Assembly (NCBI GenBank): GCA_003645885.1
Contig: QNCW01000002.1
Coordinates: forward strand, 1-37,455
DNA length: 37,455 bases
Reading direction: 5' to 3'
Origin: Candidatus Latescibacterota bacterium
GTDB lineage: Bacteria; Latescibacterota; 4484-107; B68-G9
In this document: piece by piece, positions 15,655-22,620 of the stretch
Numbering within the stretch: position 1 is the first letter of the stretch
Layout: the number at the start of each line of letters is the position of its first letter
Notes under the pieces: generated by a model
Database searches by the model: none
What the model was told of the DNA's origin: nothing
What the model saw: the letters and a program-made list of their open reading frames with translations, nothing else
Made by a program: the position numbers and the translations under genes

Positions 15655-17544
15655 ATGTTGTCCTTGATGCTCGTGGTCGTCGGCCTGCTCGAAGCTGGCA
15701 CCTACTATGTTTCCACCTCGGGGGACGACTCTTGGCCCGGCACATCGTCCTCCCCTTGGAGGCACATAAGCTACGGGGTGGGCAAGCTGGGCCCGGGTGA
15801 TACTCTGGTCGTCCTGGCCGGGAACTACGGCGACGAACAGGTGAACGTAAACTTCGGTGGAAGGCCGGATGCCCCGATAGTGATAAGGGGGGAGCCCCCG
15901 GGGAGTGTGACGATGGAGGGCAGGGGCGGGGGGACGGGGTTCAGCATAACGGGAAGCTACATAGTCGTAGAGGGGATAAGGTTCAGGAACTACTCCTCCG
16001 GGGTGGGCATAGCGGACCCATCCTCGTACGTAACCGTGAGGAGGTGCATATTCGAGGACAACAACTCCTGCGGCGTAATAGCATGGGGGACATCCTACAG
16101 CATTTGGGACTTACACGACATCCTCGTGGAGGAGTGCCAGTTCTACGATCACGCAAACACACAGGACTACGGAATATCTTTCAACTATGCAGCGAAGGTC
16201 GTGGCCAGGAACAACTACTTCTTCGGCGACCACCACCAAACCCTCTCGTTCAAGAGGAAGGTGTACTATGGGCTTGCTAAGGACAACGTCTTCGAGGGCT
16301 TCCTGTATACGGCCCTGTACCTTGGCCAGAACCTCGACACCTCGGAGGAGGACAACAGGAGCAGGTACCTCATAGCCGAGGGCAACGTCTTCCGGCCCGC
16401 TGAGGGACATAGGGCCAAGAGGCCCATATGGGTGGCAAACGTGGATTGGGCCGTCGTGAGGGACAACTTCATGGAGGGAAGGGACGATGTGGACGGAGGA
16501 TGGGGGGAGGGCATAGGCTTAGGGGACCACGAGGATGGGTATCTCCCAGCAAACCCGGACCATGTCACGATATATAGGAACGTTATGAGGAGGATAGGTG
16601 GAACCACGACCAACCCGGGGATAAGGGTCTACCACAGGTGCGGGGATGTGAAGGTGTTCAACAACACATTTGCTAACTGCGCTTACTCCTTTGGCTTCGA
16701 GATGGAGGAGACCATACTCTTCCTCAACAACATATTTTACAACTCAAGGAACGGGACCGTGAGGGAGGGCACTGGAAGGAACTCGATATACGAGCACAAC
16801 ATCTTCTATCCGATGTGGAAGGGTATGGGGCCGACTGACATATCCGAGGACCCTCTTATGGTAGGTCCCTTCGATCCCTTGGAGGTGGGGGGGGAAGATC
16901 CGAAGTTCGTGCCCGACTTCACCAGGGCCTTCGCATGCAGGCTCAGGGAGGGTTCTCCGTGCATAGATGCTGGGAGGTTCCTGACGTGGACCGTGGGTTC
17001 GGGGAGCGGGACCCAGGTCAGGGTGCAGGATGCGAGCTTCTTCACCGACGGGTTCGGGATGGCCGAGGGGGACATCGTCAAGGTGGGGGACGAGGAGCCG
17101 GCCAGGGTCGTAGGCGTAGACTACGACATGAACTTGATAACCCTCGACCGCCCGATATCCTGGGAGGACGGCGAGGGGGTGAGCATGGCGTACTTCGGTT
17201 CGGCTCCGGACATAGGCGCATACGAGTACGAGCCCCGTCCTTGGGTGGAGGAGGATGCCATCGAGGTGGTGGGGCCGAAGGTGGTGGTCTTCCCCAACCC
17301 CTCGTGCGGGAGGGTGTTCGTGGAGTGTCCCGTCTCGAGCGTCGGGAGGGTGAGGATCGTAGTGTACGACATCTTGGGGAGGACCGTCAGAAAGCTTGCG
17401 GACGACTTCGTGGATTCCCCTGGGACGTACAGGACCTTCTGGGACGGGACCGACGGGGATGGCAGGCCCACCTCGCCAGGAGTGTACGTGATTAGGTTCG
17501 AGGTAGGTGGGCTCAGTTCGACGAGGAAGCTCGTGAGGTTCTGA
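15655..17544 (+). CDS. Secreted right-handed parallel beta-helix protein with T9SS C-terminal sorting domain (629 aa)
   Basis: GAGGAGG upstream. Signal peptide MLSLMLVVVGLLEAGT. YYVSTSGDDSWPGTSSSPWRHISYGV...GDTLVVLAGNY is a typical beta-helix cap. EDPLMVGP...REGSPCIDAG is the end motif. The tail FPNPSCGRVFVECPVSS..VRIVVYDILGRTVRKL...TFWDGTDGDGRPTSPGVYVIRF spans 17281-17541. Confidence 0.85.
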   Translation: MLSLMLVVVGLLEAGTYYVSTSGDDSWPGTSSSPWRHISYGVGKLGPGDTLVVLAGNYGDEQVNVNFGGRPDAPIVIRGEPPGSVTMEGRGGGTGFSITGSYIVVEGIRFRNYSSGVGIADPSSYVTVRRCIFEDNNSCGVIAWGTSYSIWDLHDILVEECQFYDHANTQDYGISFNYAAKVVARNNYFFGDHHQTLSFKRKVYYGLAKDNVFEGFLYTALYLGQNLDTSEEDNRSRYLIAEGNVFRPAEGHRAKRPIWVANVDWAVVRDNFMEGRDDVDGGWGEGIGLGDHEDGYLPANPDHVTIYRNVMRRIGGTTTNPGIRVYHRCGDVKVFNNTFANCAYSFGFEMEETILFLNNIFYNSRNGTVREGTGRNSIYEHNIFYPMWKGMGPTDISEDPLMVGPFDPLEVGGEDPKFVPDFTRAFACRLREGSPCIDAGRFLTWTVGSGSGTQVRVQDASFFTDGFGMAEGDIVKVGDEEPARVVGVDYDMNLITLDRPISWEDGEGVSMAYFGSAPDIGAYEYEPRPWVEEDAIEVVGPKVVVFPNPSCGRVFVECPVSSVGRVRIVVYDILGRTVRKLADDFVDSPGTYRTFWDGTDGDGRPTSPGVYVIRFEVGGLSSTRKLVRF

Positions 17545-17554
17545 AGGAGGTGTC

Positions 17555-17914
17555 ATGAGGGCGTTGTCCCTCCTTGGACTTGTGCTTTTGCTCTCGTGCG
17601 GCGACGTGCCGGAGCTCCCCCGACCGTTCCATAGAGGAAGGCTTCCTGCTCCCTCGGAGCTAAATCTGGCTGTGAGGGACAGCATCTTGGAGGTATCCTG
17701 GGAAATGCCGGAGCAGGCGGACGTCAGGAAGTTCTTGGTCTCGGTCTCGGACACATCGGGGTTCTCGGTCGAGATGTTTGTGGACACGACGTACTTCGAG
17801 GTCGTCGTCCCGGGAGGTTCGGTGTACTACGTGCAGGTGATGCCGGTGGGCGCCGATCTCTTCGTCGGGCCGGCGGCCACGGACTCCGTGTCGTTACCTT
17901 ATCCTTTAAGATGA
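17555..17914 (+). CDS. Small lipoprotein with fibronectin-type-III-like domain (119 aa)
   Basis: AAGGAGG upstream. Lipobox LLLSCG in MRALSLLGLVLLLSCGD. APSELNLAVRDSILEVSWEMPEQADVRKFLVSVSD...YYVQVMPV resembles an FN3 strand pattern. Confidence 0.7.
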   Translation: MRALSLLGLVLLLSCGDVPELPRPFHRGRLPAPSELNLAVRDSILEVSWEMPEQADVRKFLVSVSDTSGFSVEMFVDTTYFEVVVPGGSVYYVQVMPVGADLFVGPAATDSVSLPYPLR

Positions 17915-17923
17915 GGAGGAGAC

Positions 17924-18658
17924 ATGTGGGAGATAATAAAGTCCGGCGGACCGATAATGTGGCCACTGTTGGCGTGCTCCGTCCTGGCGCTCGCATTCAT
18001 AATCGAGAGGCTCATAGTCCTCTACAAGATTCCTAAGGAGAGGGAAGCTCAGGAGGAGCTCGAGAGGGTGGAGAGGATACTGGCCGAGCAGGGGGAGGAG
18101 GCTGCAGCAACGTACTGCTCGAAGAGGAGGGGACCTCTCAACTACATATTCTCCGCCCTGATGAAGCGCTTCGACAGGCTGATGATAGAAAGGAGGGAGC
18201 TTCGGGACACGAGGCAGCAGATAGTCGAGCTGGCCAAGTCGGCGGGCGCCGGGGAAATGGGGGAGTTCATGGTGGTCCAGAAGGAGCTGAGCGACATAAA
18301 GGACGAACTTATCTTCGAGGTAGAGGAGGCAGGAAGGGCGTACCTCGGGAGGAACCTGACCCTCCTGGGAACTATAGGGGTGATATCCCCACTTTTAGGG
18401 CTCCTGGGGACCATAGTGGGCATGATAGTGGCCTTCAGGGCGATAGCCATAGCAGGAACGGGAGACCCTAAGGTCGTGGCAGGAGGCATATCCCAGGCAC
18501 TTGTTACGACTGCCACTGGACTGACGATAGCTATACCGACCATAGTGGCACACAGGTTCCTCGCCAGGAAGGCGGAGACCAGCCTCGAGAGGTTGGAGGT
18601 CTACGGACACGCCTTCGTAAACTCCCTCATAATGTCAGCATTTAAGGTGGAGGTATGA
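17924..18658 (+). CDS. exbB: MotA/TolQ/ExbB-family proton channel (244 aa)
   Basis: N-terminus MWEIIKSGGPIMWPLLACSVLALAFIIERL and C-terminal LTLLGTIGVISPLLGLLGTIVGMIVAF...GISQALVTTATGLTIAIPTIVAHRFL are the canonical ExbB/TolQ three-TM signatures. The size fits ExbB/TolQ rather than MotA or ZorA. Confidence 0.92.
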   Translation: MWEIIKSGGPIMWPLLACSVLALAFIIERLIVLYKIPKEREAQEELERVERILAEQGEEAAATYCSKRRGPLNYIFSALMKRFDRLMIERRELRDTRQQIVELAKSAGAGEMGEFMVVQKELSDIKDELIFEVEEAGRAYLGRNLTLLGTIGVISPLLGLLGTIVGMIVAFRAIAIAGTGDPKVVAGGISQALVTTATGLTIAIPTIVAHRFLARKAETSLERLEVYGHAFVNSLIMSAFKVEV

Positions 18659-19071
18659 GGAGAAGGAGGGCACCAAGGGGGTTCGTGTCGGGCTGGGACG
18701 TTGACCTGACACCCCTTATAGATTGCGTCTTCCAGCTTTTGATATTCTTTATGGTGACCACGGTCTTCATCCACACCAGGGGGATAGACGTGGACCTCCC
18801 GTCCGCCTCGAAGGCGACCGAAAGCGTGGAGAAGAGGGATATAAACATAATAATAGAGGCCGACGGCAGGATAGAGATAGGGGGCGAGGAGGTCGAGGAG
18901 GGAGAACTTGTGGAAAGGATAAAGAGGGCGATGGTGGAAAACAAGAACGAAAACATCATAATCCAGGCCGATCCCGAGGTGGTCCAGGAGAGGGTCGTGG
19001 AGGTCATGGATGCTGCCAGGATCGCAGGGGTCAAAGGTATAGCTTTTGCAAGGGTGAGGCCGGAGGGTTAG
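18655..19071 (+). CDS. exbD: ExbD/TolR-family protein, copy 1 (138 aa)
   Basis: ATGA overlap with exbB. DLTPLIDCVFQLLIFFMVTT TM segment with the conserved membrane Asp, followed by a periplasmic domain (INIIIEADGRIEIGG...NIIIQADPEV....VVEVMDAARIAG). Confidence 0.92.
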   Translation: MRRRRAPRGFVSGWDVDLTPLIDCVFQLLIFFMVTTVFIHTRGIDVDLPSASKATESVEKRDINIIIEADGRIEIGGEEVEEGELVERIKRAMVENKNENIIIQADPEVVQERVVEVMDAARIAGVKGIAFARVRPEG

Positions 19072-19482
19072 ATGGCGAGGCCCAAAAGGTCGCAGGACCA
19101 GGACGATATAAACATAAACTTGACCCCCCTCATAGACTGTGTGTTCCTGCTTTTGGTCTTCTTCATGGTCACCACCGTCTTCAAGGAACCCTTCAGGCTG
19201 AGGGTCCTGCTCCCCGAGGCCTCGAGGGCAGGGGTGGTCGAGGAGAAGAAGCTCGTGCTCACCATAGATGCCGATGGGAGGATGGATGTCAACGGGAAGC
19301 TCGTGACCATGGAGGGGTTGGAGACAACGCTCGAGGAGGAGAAGGAGAGGACGAGGTCCCTTACCCTCATCATAAGGACCGACAAGCGCACCAAGCATGG
19401 GTTCGTCCTCGACGCAATGGAGATAGCAAAGAGGATGGGGGTCAAAAAGATAGTCCTTGCGACGGAGAAGAAGGAAGGTTGA
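19072..19482 (+). CDS. exbD: ExbD/TolR-family protein, copy 2 (136 aa)
   Basis: ATG immediately follows the TAG of copy 1. NLTPLIDCVFLLLVFFMVTTVF TM segment with conserved Asp. LVLTIDADGRMDVNG...LIIRTDKRTKHGFVLDAMEIAKRMG periplasmic domain. Confidence 0.92.
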   Translation: MARPKRSQDQDDININLTPLIDCVFLLLVFFMVTTVFKEPFRLRVLLPEASRAGVVEEKKLVLTIDADGRMDVNGKLVTMEGLETTLEEEKERTRSLTLIIRTDKRTKHGFVLDAMEIAKRMGVKKIVLATEKKEG

Positions 19483-19483
19483 G

Positions 19484-20683
19484 ATGAGGGAGGACAGGTT
19501 CAAAGGACCTGCAGATGTCATAGAGCTTAAGAAGCTCTACAGGAGGAAATACATCTACATGGGCCTGGCCATTGCCGTGGCGTTTCACATCGGGCTCGGC
19601 GCGTACTTCTTCTCGACAAGGAGGAAGAAGAGGGTGGCCAAGCCCCCGGTGGTAGAGCTTATAGTTAGGAAGCCCAGGATGACCAAGCCCTTCGAGTTCA
19701 AAAAGAGGAGGGTCCCCAAGAGGGTGATGATGAGGAAGGTTGTATCTGCTAAGCCTATGTTGATAAAGACGATAACTAAGAAGATAGTCAGCCCGGACCT
19801 GTTCGGCACGGTAGCTACCTTCGGGTACCACGTGGAAAGCGGGGCGGAGATGGGGTTTGAGGTGGTCCAACCCGAAGTTAGACCCGCGAGCATAGCCACC
19901 TCAAAGGAGCCAGAGAAGAGGATAAGCATGGAGGAGGAACTTCTGGACCTCGAGGCCCTGGACACGGGGAAGTACAGGGGACTGGTGATCCAGGACCCGA
20001 GGAACAAGAAGAACATAAAGGGCTTCGTCTACTTAGCAAGATTAAGGGGAAACACCCTATACCCTGCCGTTCCGGGCGCCCTACCCCAGCTCGTAAGGTT
20101 CATAAACGAAAACTCGGGCATAAGGGCCAAGGTGGCCGAGGACGTGTACCTGGATTCCAAGGAGCTGTTCAGGTGCCCGTTCGTATACCTGACCGCCAGG
20201 GAACCCTTCGAGGCGACCAGGAAGGAGGTGGAGAACCTCAGGGAGTACCTCAAGTCCGGAGGCTTCGTCTTCGTGGACAACGTATATCCAAAGGAGGAGT
20301 ACAGCCCTTCCGAGGCCAGCTTGAGGAAGCTTATAAGGGACGCCCTCGGCAGGGAAGCTCGCTTCGAGATGATACCGAACGACCATCCACTTTACCATTG
20401 CTTCTACGACTTCGATGGGCCTCCGGTGGGTGCCGAGGTCGAGGCCGAGGTGTACATGGGAGGAAGGCTGGAGGTGGTCAAGCTCGTGCGACACCTGGAG
20501 GGCATATTCCTGGATGGACGGCTCGCTGTGGTGTTCTCCGACAAGGGATATGGGATAAAGTGGGAAAGGGGCATAGATAACGAAGTACAGCTTAGGATGG
20601 GGATGAACCTCGTCGTATACGCCCTGACACAGGAAGGCTCCATAGCTCAGAAGCAGATAGAATTTTACACTGCGAGGAGGTGA
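19484..20683 (+). CDS. Inner-membrane-anchored protein in the TonB position: TonB-like N-terminal TM (with His) + basic linker + DUF4159-like C-terminal domain (399 aa)
   Basis: ATG at 19484, 1 nt after the exbD stop (the ORF-track GTG at 19457 would overlap). TM segment YIYMGLAIAVAFHIGLGAYFF, then a Lys/Arg/Pro-rich segment RRKKRVAKPPVVELIVRKPRMTKPFEFKKRRVPKRVMMRK. The C-terminal half has LFRCPFVYLTAREPFEATRKEVENLREYLKSGGFVFVDN...IPNDHPLYHCFYDF...DGRLAVVFSDKGYGIKWE, which fits my recollection of DUF4159 (PF13709). I recognised no TonB_C motif. Confidence 0.65.
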   Translation: MREDRFKGPADVIELKKLYRRKYIYMGLAIAVAFHIGLGAYFFSTRRKKRVAKPPVVELIVRKPRMTKPFEFKKRRVPKRVMMRKVVSAKPMLIKTITKKIVSPDLFGTVATFGYHVESGAEMGFEVVQPEVRPASIATSKEPEKRISMEEELLDLEALDTGKYRGLVIQDPRNKKNIKGFVYLARLRGNTLYPAVPGALPQLVRFINENSGIRAKVAEDVYLDSKELFRCPFVYLTAREPFEATRKEVENLREYLKSGGFVFVDNVYPKEEYSPSEASLRKLIRDALGREARFEMIPNDHPLYHCFYDFDGPPVGAEVEAEVYMGGRLEVVKLVRHLEGIFLDGRLAVVFSDKGYGIKWERGIDNEVQLRMGMNLVVYALTQEGSIAQKQIEFYTARR

Positions 20684-20685
20684 GC

Positions 20686-21408
20686 ATGAGGTTCCTGTAT
20701 CCCCTGCTGCTCTGTCTCGGATGTTCCCTGGTCTTTCCCCCGAGGATAGAATACCTCTCCCTCCTCATCCCCGAGGTAGAGGGAGAGAGGTACTCGGTGA
20801 AGGAGGACGGGACGGTCTGTTACAACTTCGACGGCCTGAGGATAGAGGTCAAGTACATGACGGACCGGGAACTCAACGAGATGTTCCCTGAGGAGTCCAG
20901 CAGGGGTAAGTACTCCATAAATCCTTATACATATGGAAACTATGTGGACCCAAGCTTGGGCTACACCCCCAACAGGTTCACAGTGTTCAGGGTCTGGGTG
21001 TACAACTATACGTTCCCCAAGGTGATGCTCCCGCCCCTCGACGCCATACTTCTCACCGACAGGGGGGAGACCCTCTTCGCCTACGGAATATCTTCGGATT
21101 CCCCCCACAACAGCTTCGAGAGGTACTACAGGGCGAGGATGGGCCAGAGCGGGAACGAGCTTTACAGGTTCGAGATGAGGATGGGCATAGTAAGGAGCCA
21201 CAACTACGAAGAGGATGTCAAGATATTCAAGGGGGAGAACTACGGAGGTTTCATAGTGTTCGACCCTCTGGCCCCCGACGTCGAGAGGGTCAGGCTCGTG
21301 CTTAGGAACTTCGTGCTCAAGTTCGATGCATTTGACAACCCTTTGGAGACTACGGACATAAGCTTCGACTTCACGAGGAAGGTGGAGAAGAGGGTGCTCG
21401 AAAGGTAG
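20686..21408 (+). CDS. Hypothetical lipoprotein (240 aa)
   Basis: ATG at 20686 preceded by GGAGG (20676-20680). Lipobox LCLGCS in MRFLYPLLLCLGCSLV. No recognisable family. Last gene before the 81-nt G-rich/T-run spacer. Confidence 0.7.
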   Translation: MRFLYPLLLCLGCSLVFPPRIEYLSLLIPEVEGERYSVKEDGTVCYNFDGLRIEVKYMTDRELNEMFPEESSRGKYSINPYTYGNYVDPSLGYTPNRFTVFRVWVYNYTFPKVMLPPLDAILLTDRGETLFAYGISSDSPHNSFERYYRARMGQSGNELYRFEMRMGIVRSHNYEEDVKIFKGENYGGFIVFDPLAPDVERVRLVLRNFVLKFDAFDNPLETTDISFDFTRKVEKRVLER

Positions 21409-21421
21409 GCTTCCGGCCCAG

Positions 21422-21469
21422 GGTCTGATCGGGGAGGGGTGGGGTCGGGGAGGCATCAGGTCTTTTTTT
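21422..21469 (+). terminator. Possible intrinsic terminator of the envelope operon: imperfect stem enclosing the G4 motif, then T7
   Basis: GGTCTGAT (21422-21429) can pair with ATCAGGTC (21455-21462) using 6 Watson-Crick and 2 G-U pairs. It is followed directly by TTTTTTT (21463-21469). The 25-nt loop is atypically long. Confidence 0.35.
21431..21450 (+). other. Canonical G-quadruplex motif GGGGAGGGGTGGGGTCGGGG in an intergenic spacer
   Basis: Four G4 runs separated by loops of 1, 1 and 2 nt, read directly from the sequence. Non-coding, 23 nt after the TAG at 21406-21408. Confidence 0.7.
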
Positions 21470-21489
21470 ATCCCAAAACGGGAGGTCAC

Positions 21490-22536
21490 ATGGCCAAGGT
21501 CAGGTTCGGCATCATAGGGTGTGGCCTTGTATCCCATTTCCACGGTAAGGCCATAGCGGCCGCAGAGAACGCCGTCCTGGTAGCATGTTCGGATGTGGTA
21601 AGGCAGAGGGCGGAGGAGTTCGCCCGGACCTACGGGTGCGAGGCGGTGGAAGTTGAGGAACTCCTGGGGAGGGAGGATGTGGATGTTATAAGCGTCCTCA
21701 CTCCCAACCACCTCCACCACGAATATGCCGTGAGGGCCGCCAGGGCGGGGAAGCATGTTCTCGTGGAGAAGCCTCCGGACGTCTCCCTTTCCAAGGTGGA
21801 CATGATGATAGAGGAATGTCGGAGGATGGGCGTAAAGCTCGGGGTCGTCCTGCAGTGCAGGTTCAGGAGGGCTGTGGAGGCTATAAAGGAAGCCGTGGTC
21901 CAGGGGAGGTTCGGGAGGCTCCTTGAGGGGGACGTTTACATGAAGTGGTACAGGCCCAGGGATTACTACCTCGGTTGGAGGAGGGAGAGGAGGTACGGCT
22001 CGGGCACCACCATACAGCAGGCCTTCCATTACATAGACCTCCTCTACTACATCCTCGGTCCGGTCAGGAGGGTGAGGGCCAGGATGACGAACTTCTGCCA
22101 TCCCGAGGCCGACCTCGAGGATACGGTTTTGGCAACGTTGGAATACGAAAGCGGCGCCCAGGGGGTGGTCCTGGCCTCCACCGCATTCTACCCGGGGACA
22201 GACATAAGGCTCGAGATAAACGGGGAGAGGGGGACCGCCGTCATGGAGGGGGAAAGGATAAGGGTCTGGAAGTTCCAGGACGAGAGGCCTGAGGACGAGG
22301 AGATAAGGAACATAGGGAGCGAGTCCGCCATGACCGGCGCAACTGGAGCTGCGGACCTTGGATACCAGGAGCACCAGCTCCTCATAGAGGATATGGCCGA
22401 GGCTGTGGCATCCGGGAGGGAACCCAAGGTCACCGGGATGGATGCCAGGCCGGCCCTCGAGATAGCCCTGGCCATGTACAGGTCCGCCGACACGGGCGAG
22501 GAGGTCGAACTTCCTATTGAGGACTACGAACTATGA
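21490..22536 (+). CDS. Gfo/Idh/MocA-family NAD(P)-dependent oxidoreductase (348 aa)
   Basis: ATG at 21490 preceded by GGAGG (21481-21485). N-terminal Rossmann motif VRFGIIGCGLVSHFH, plus VISVLTPNHLHHEYAVRAARAGKHVLVEKP (the EKP motif of the family). Confidence 0.88.
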   Translation: MAKVRFGIIGCGLVSHFHGKAIAAAENAVLVACSDVVRQRAEEFARTYGCEAVEVEELLGREDVDVISVLTPNHLHHEYAVRAARAGKHVLVEKPPDVSLSKVDMMIEECRRMGVKLGVVLQCRFRRAVEAIKEAVVQGRFGRLLEGDVYMKWYRPRDYYLGWRRERRYGSGTTIQQAFHYIDLLYYILGPVRRVRARMTNFCHPEADLEDTVLATLEYESGAQGVVLASTAFYPGTDIRLEINGERGTAVMEGERIRVWKFQDERPEDEEIRNIGSESAMTGATGAADLGYQEHQLLIEDMAEAVASGREPKVTGMDARPALEIALAMYRSADTGEEVELPIEDYEL

Positions 22537-22541
22537 TCCTC

Positions 22542-22606
22542 AGCCCTCACCTCGGGGACGTAGGTCACAAGGGGAGATGTTGTGGGGTGTTAAGGTGAGG
22601 GCTTTT
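22542..22606 (+). terminator. Perfect 11-bp inverted repeat with 40-nt G-rich loop followed by TTTT; possible terminator or attenuator
   Basis: AGCCCTCACCT (22542-22552) is the exact reverse complement of AGGTGAGGGCT (22593-22603). TTTT lies at 22603-22606. The loop contains three GGGG runs. Confidence 0.35.
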
Positions 22607-22620
22607 CCATTGCGTCCGAG

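Noticed and set aside
17924-19482. Flagellar stator (MotAB) or Zorya-type anti-phage motor (ZorAB)
   Set aside because: The channel protein is ExbB/TolQ-sized (244 aa) without the long ZorA tail. The partner proteins are ExbD/TolR-type without an OmpA/MotB peptidoglycan-binding domain. No ZorC/D-like or flagellar genes are present.
17924-21408. Tol-Pal system
   Set aside because: No TolA (long helical domain II plus the TolA C-domain), no TolB beta-propeller, no Pal OmpA-like lipoprotein and no CpoB follow the motor genes.
20665-22374. 569-aa ORF on the minus strand spanning the lipoprotein gene, the G4 spacer and the oxidoreductase gene
   Set aside because: It crosses a spacer and two well-supported + strand genes. 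Its composition is typical of the antisense shadow frame.
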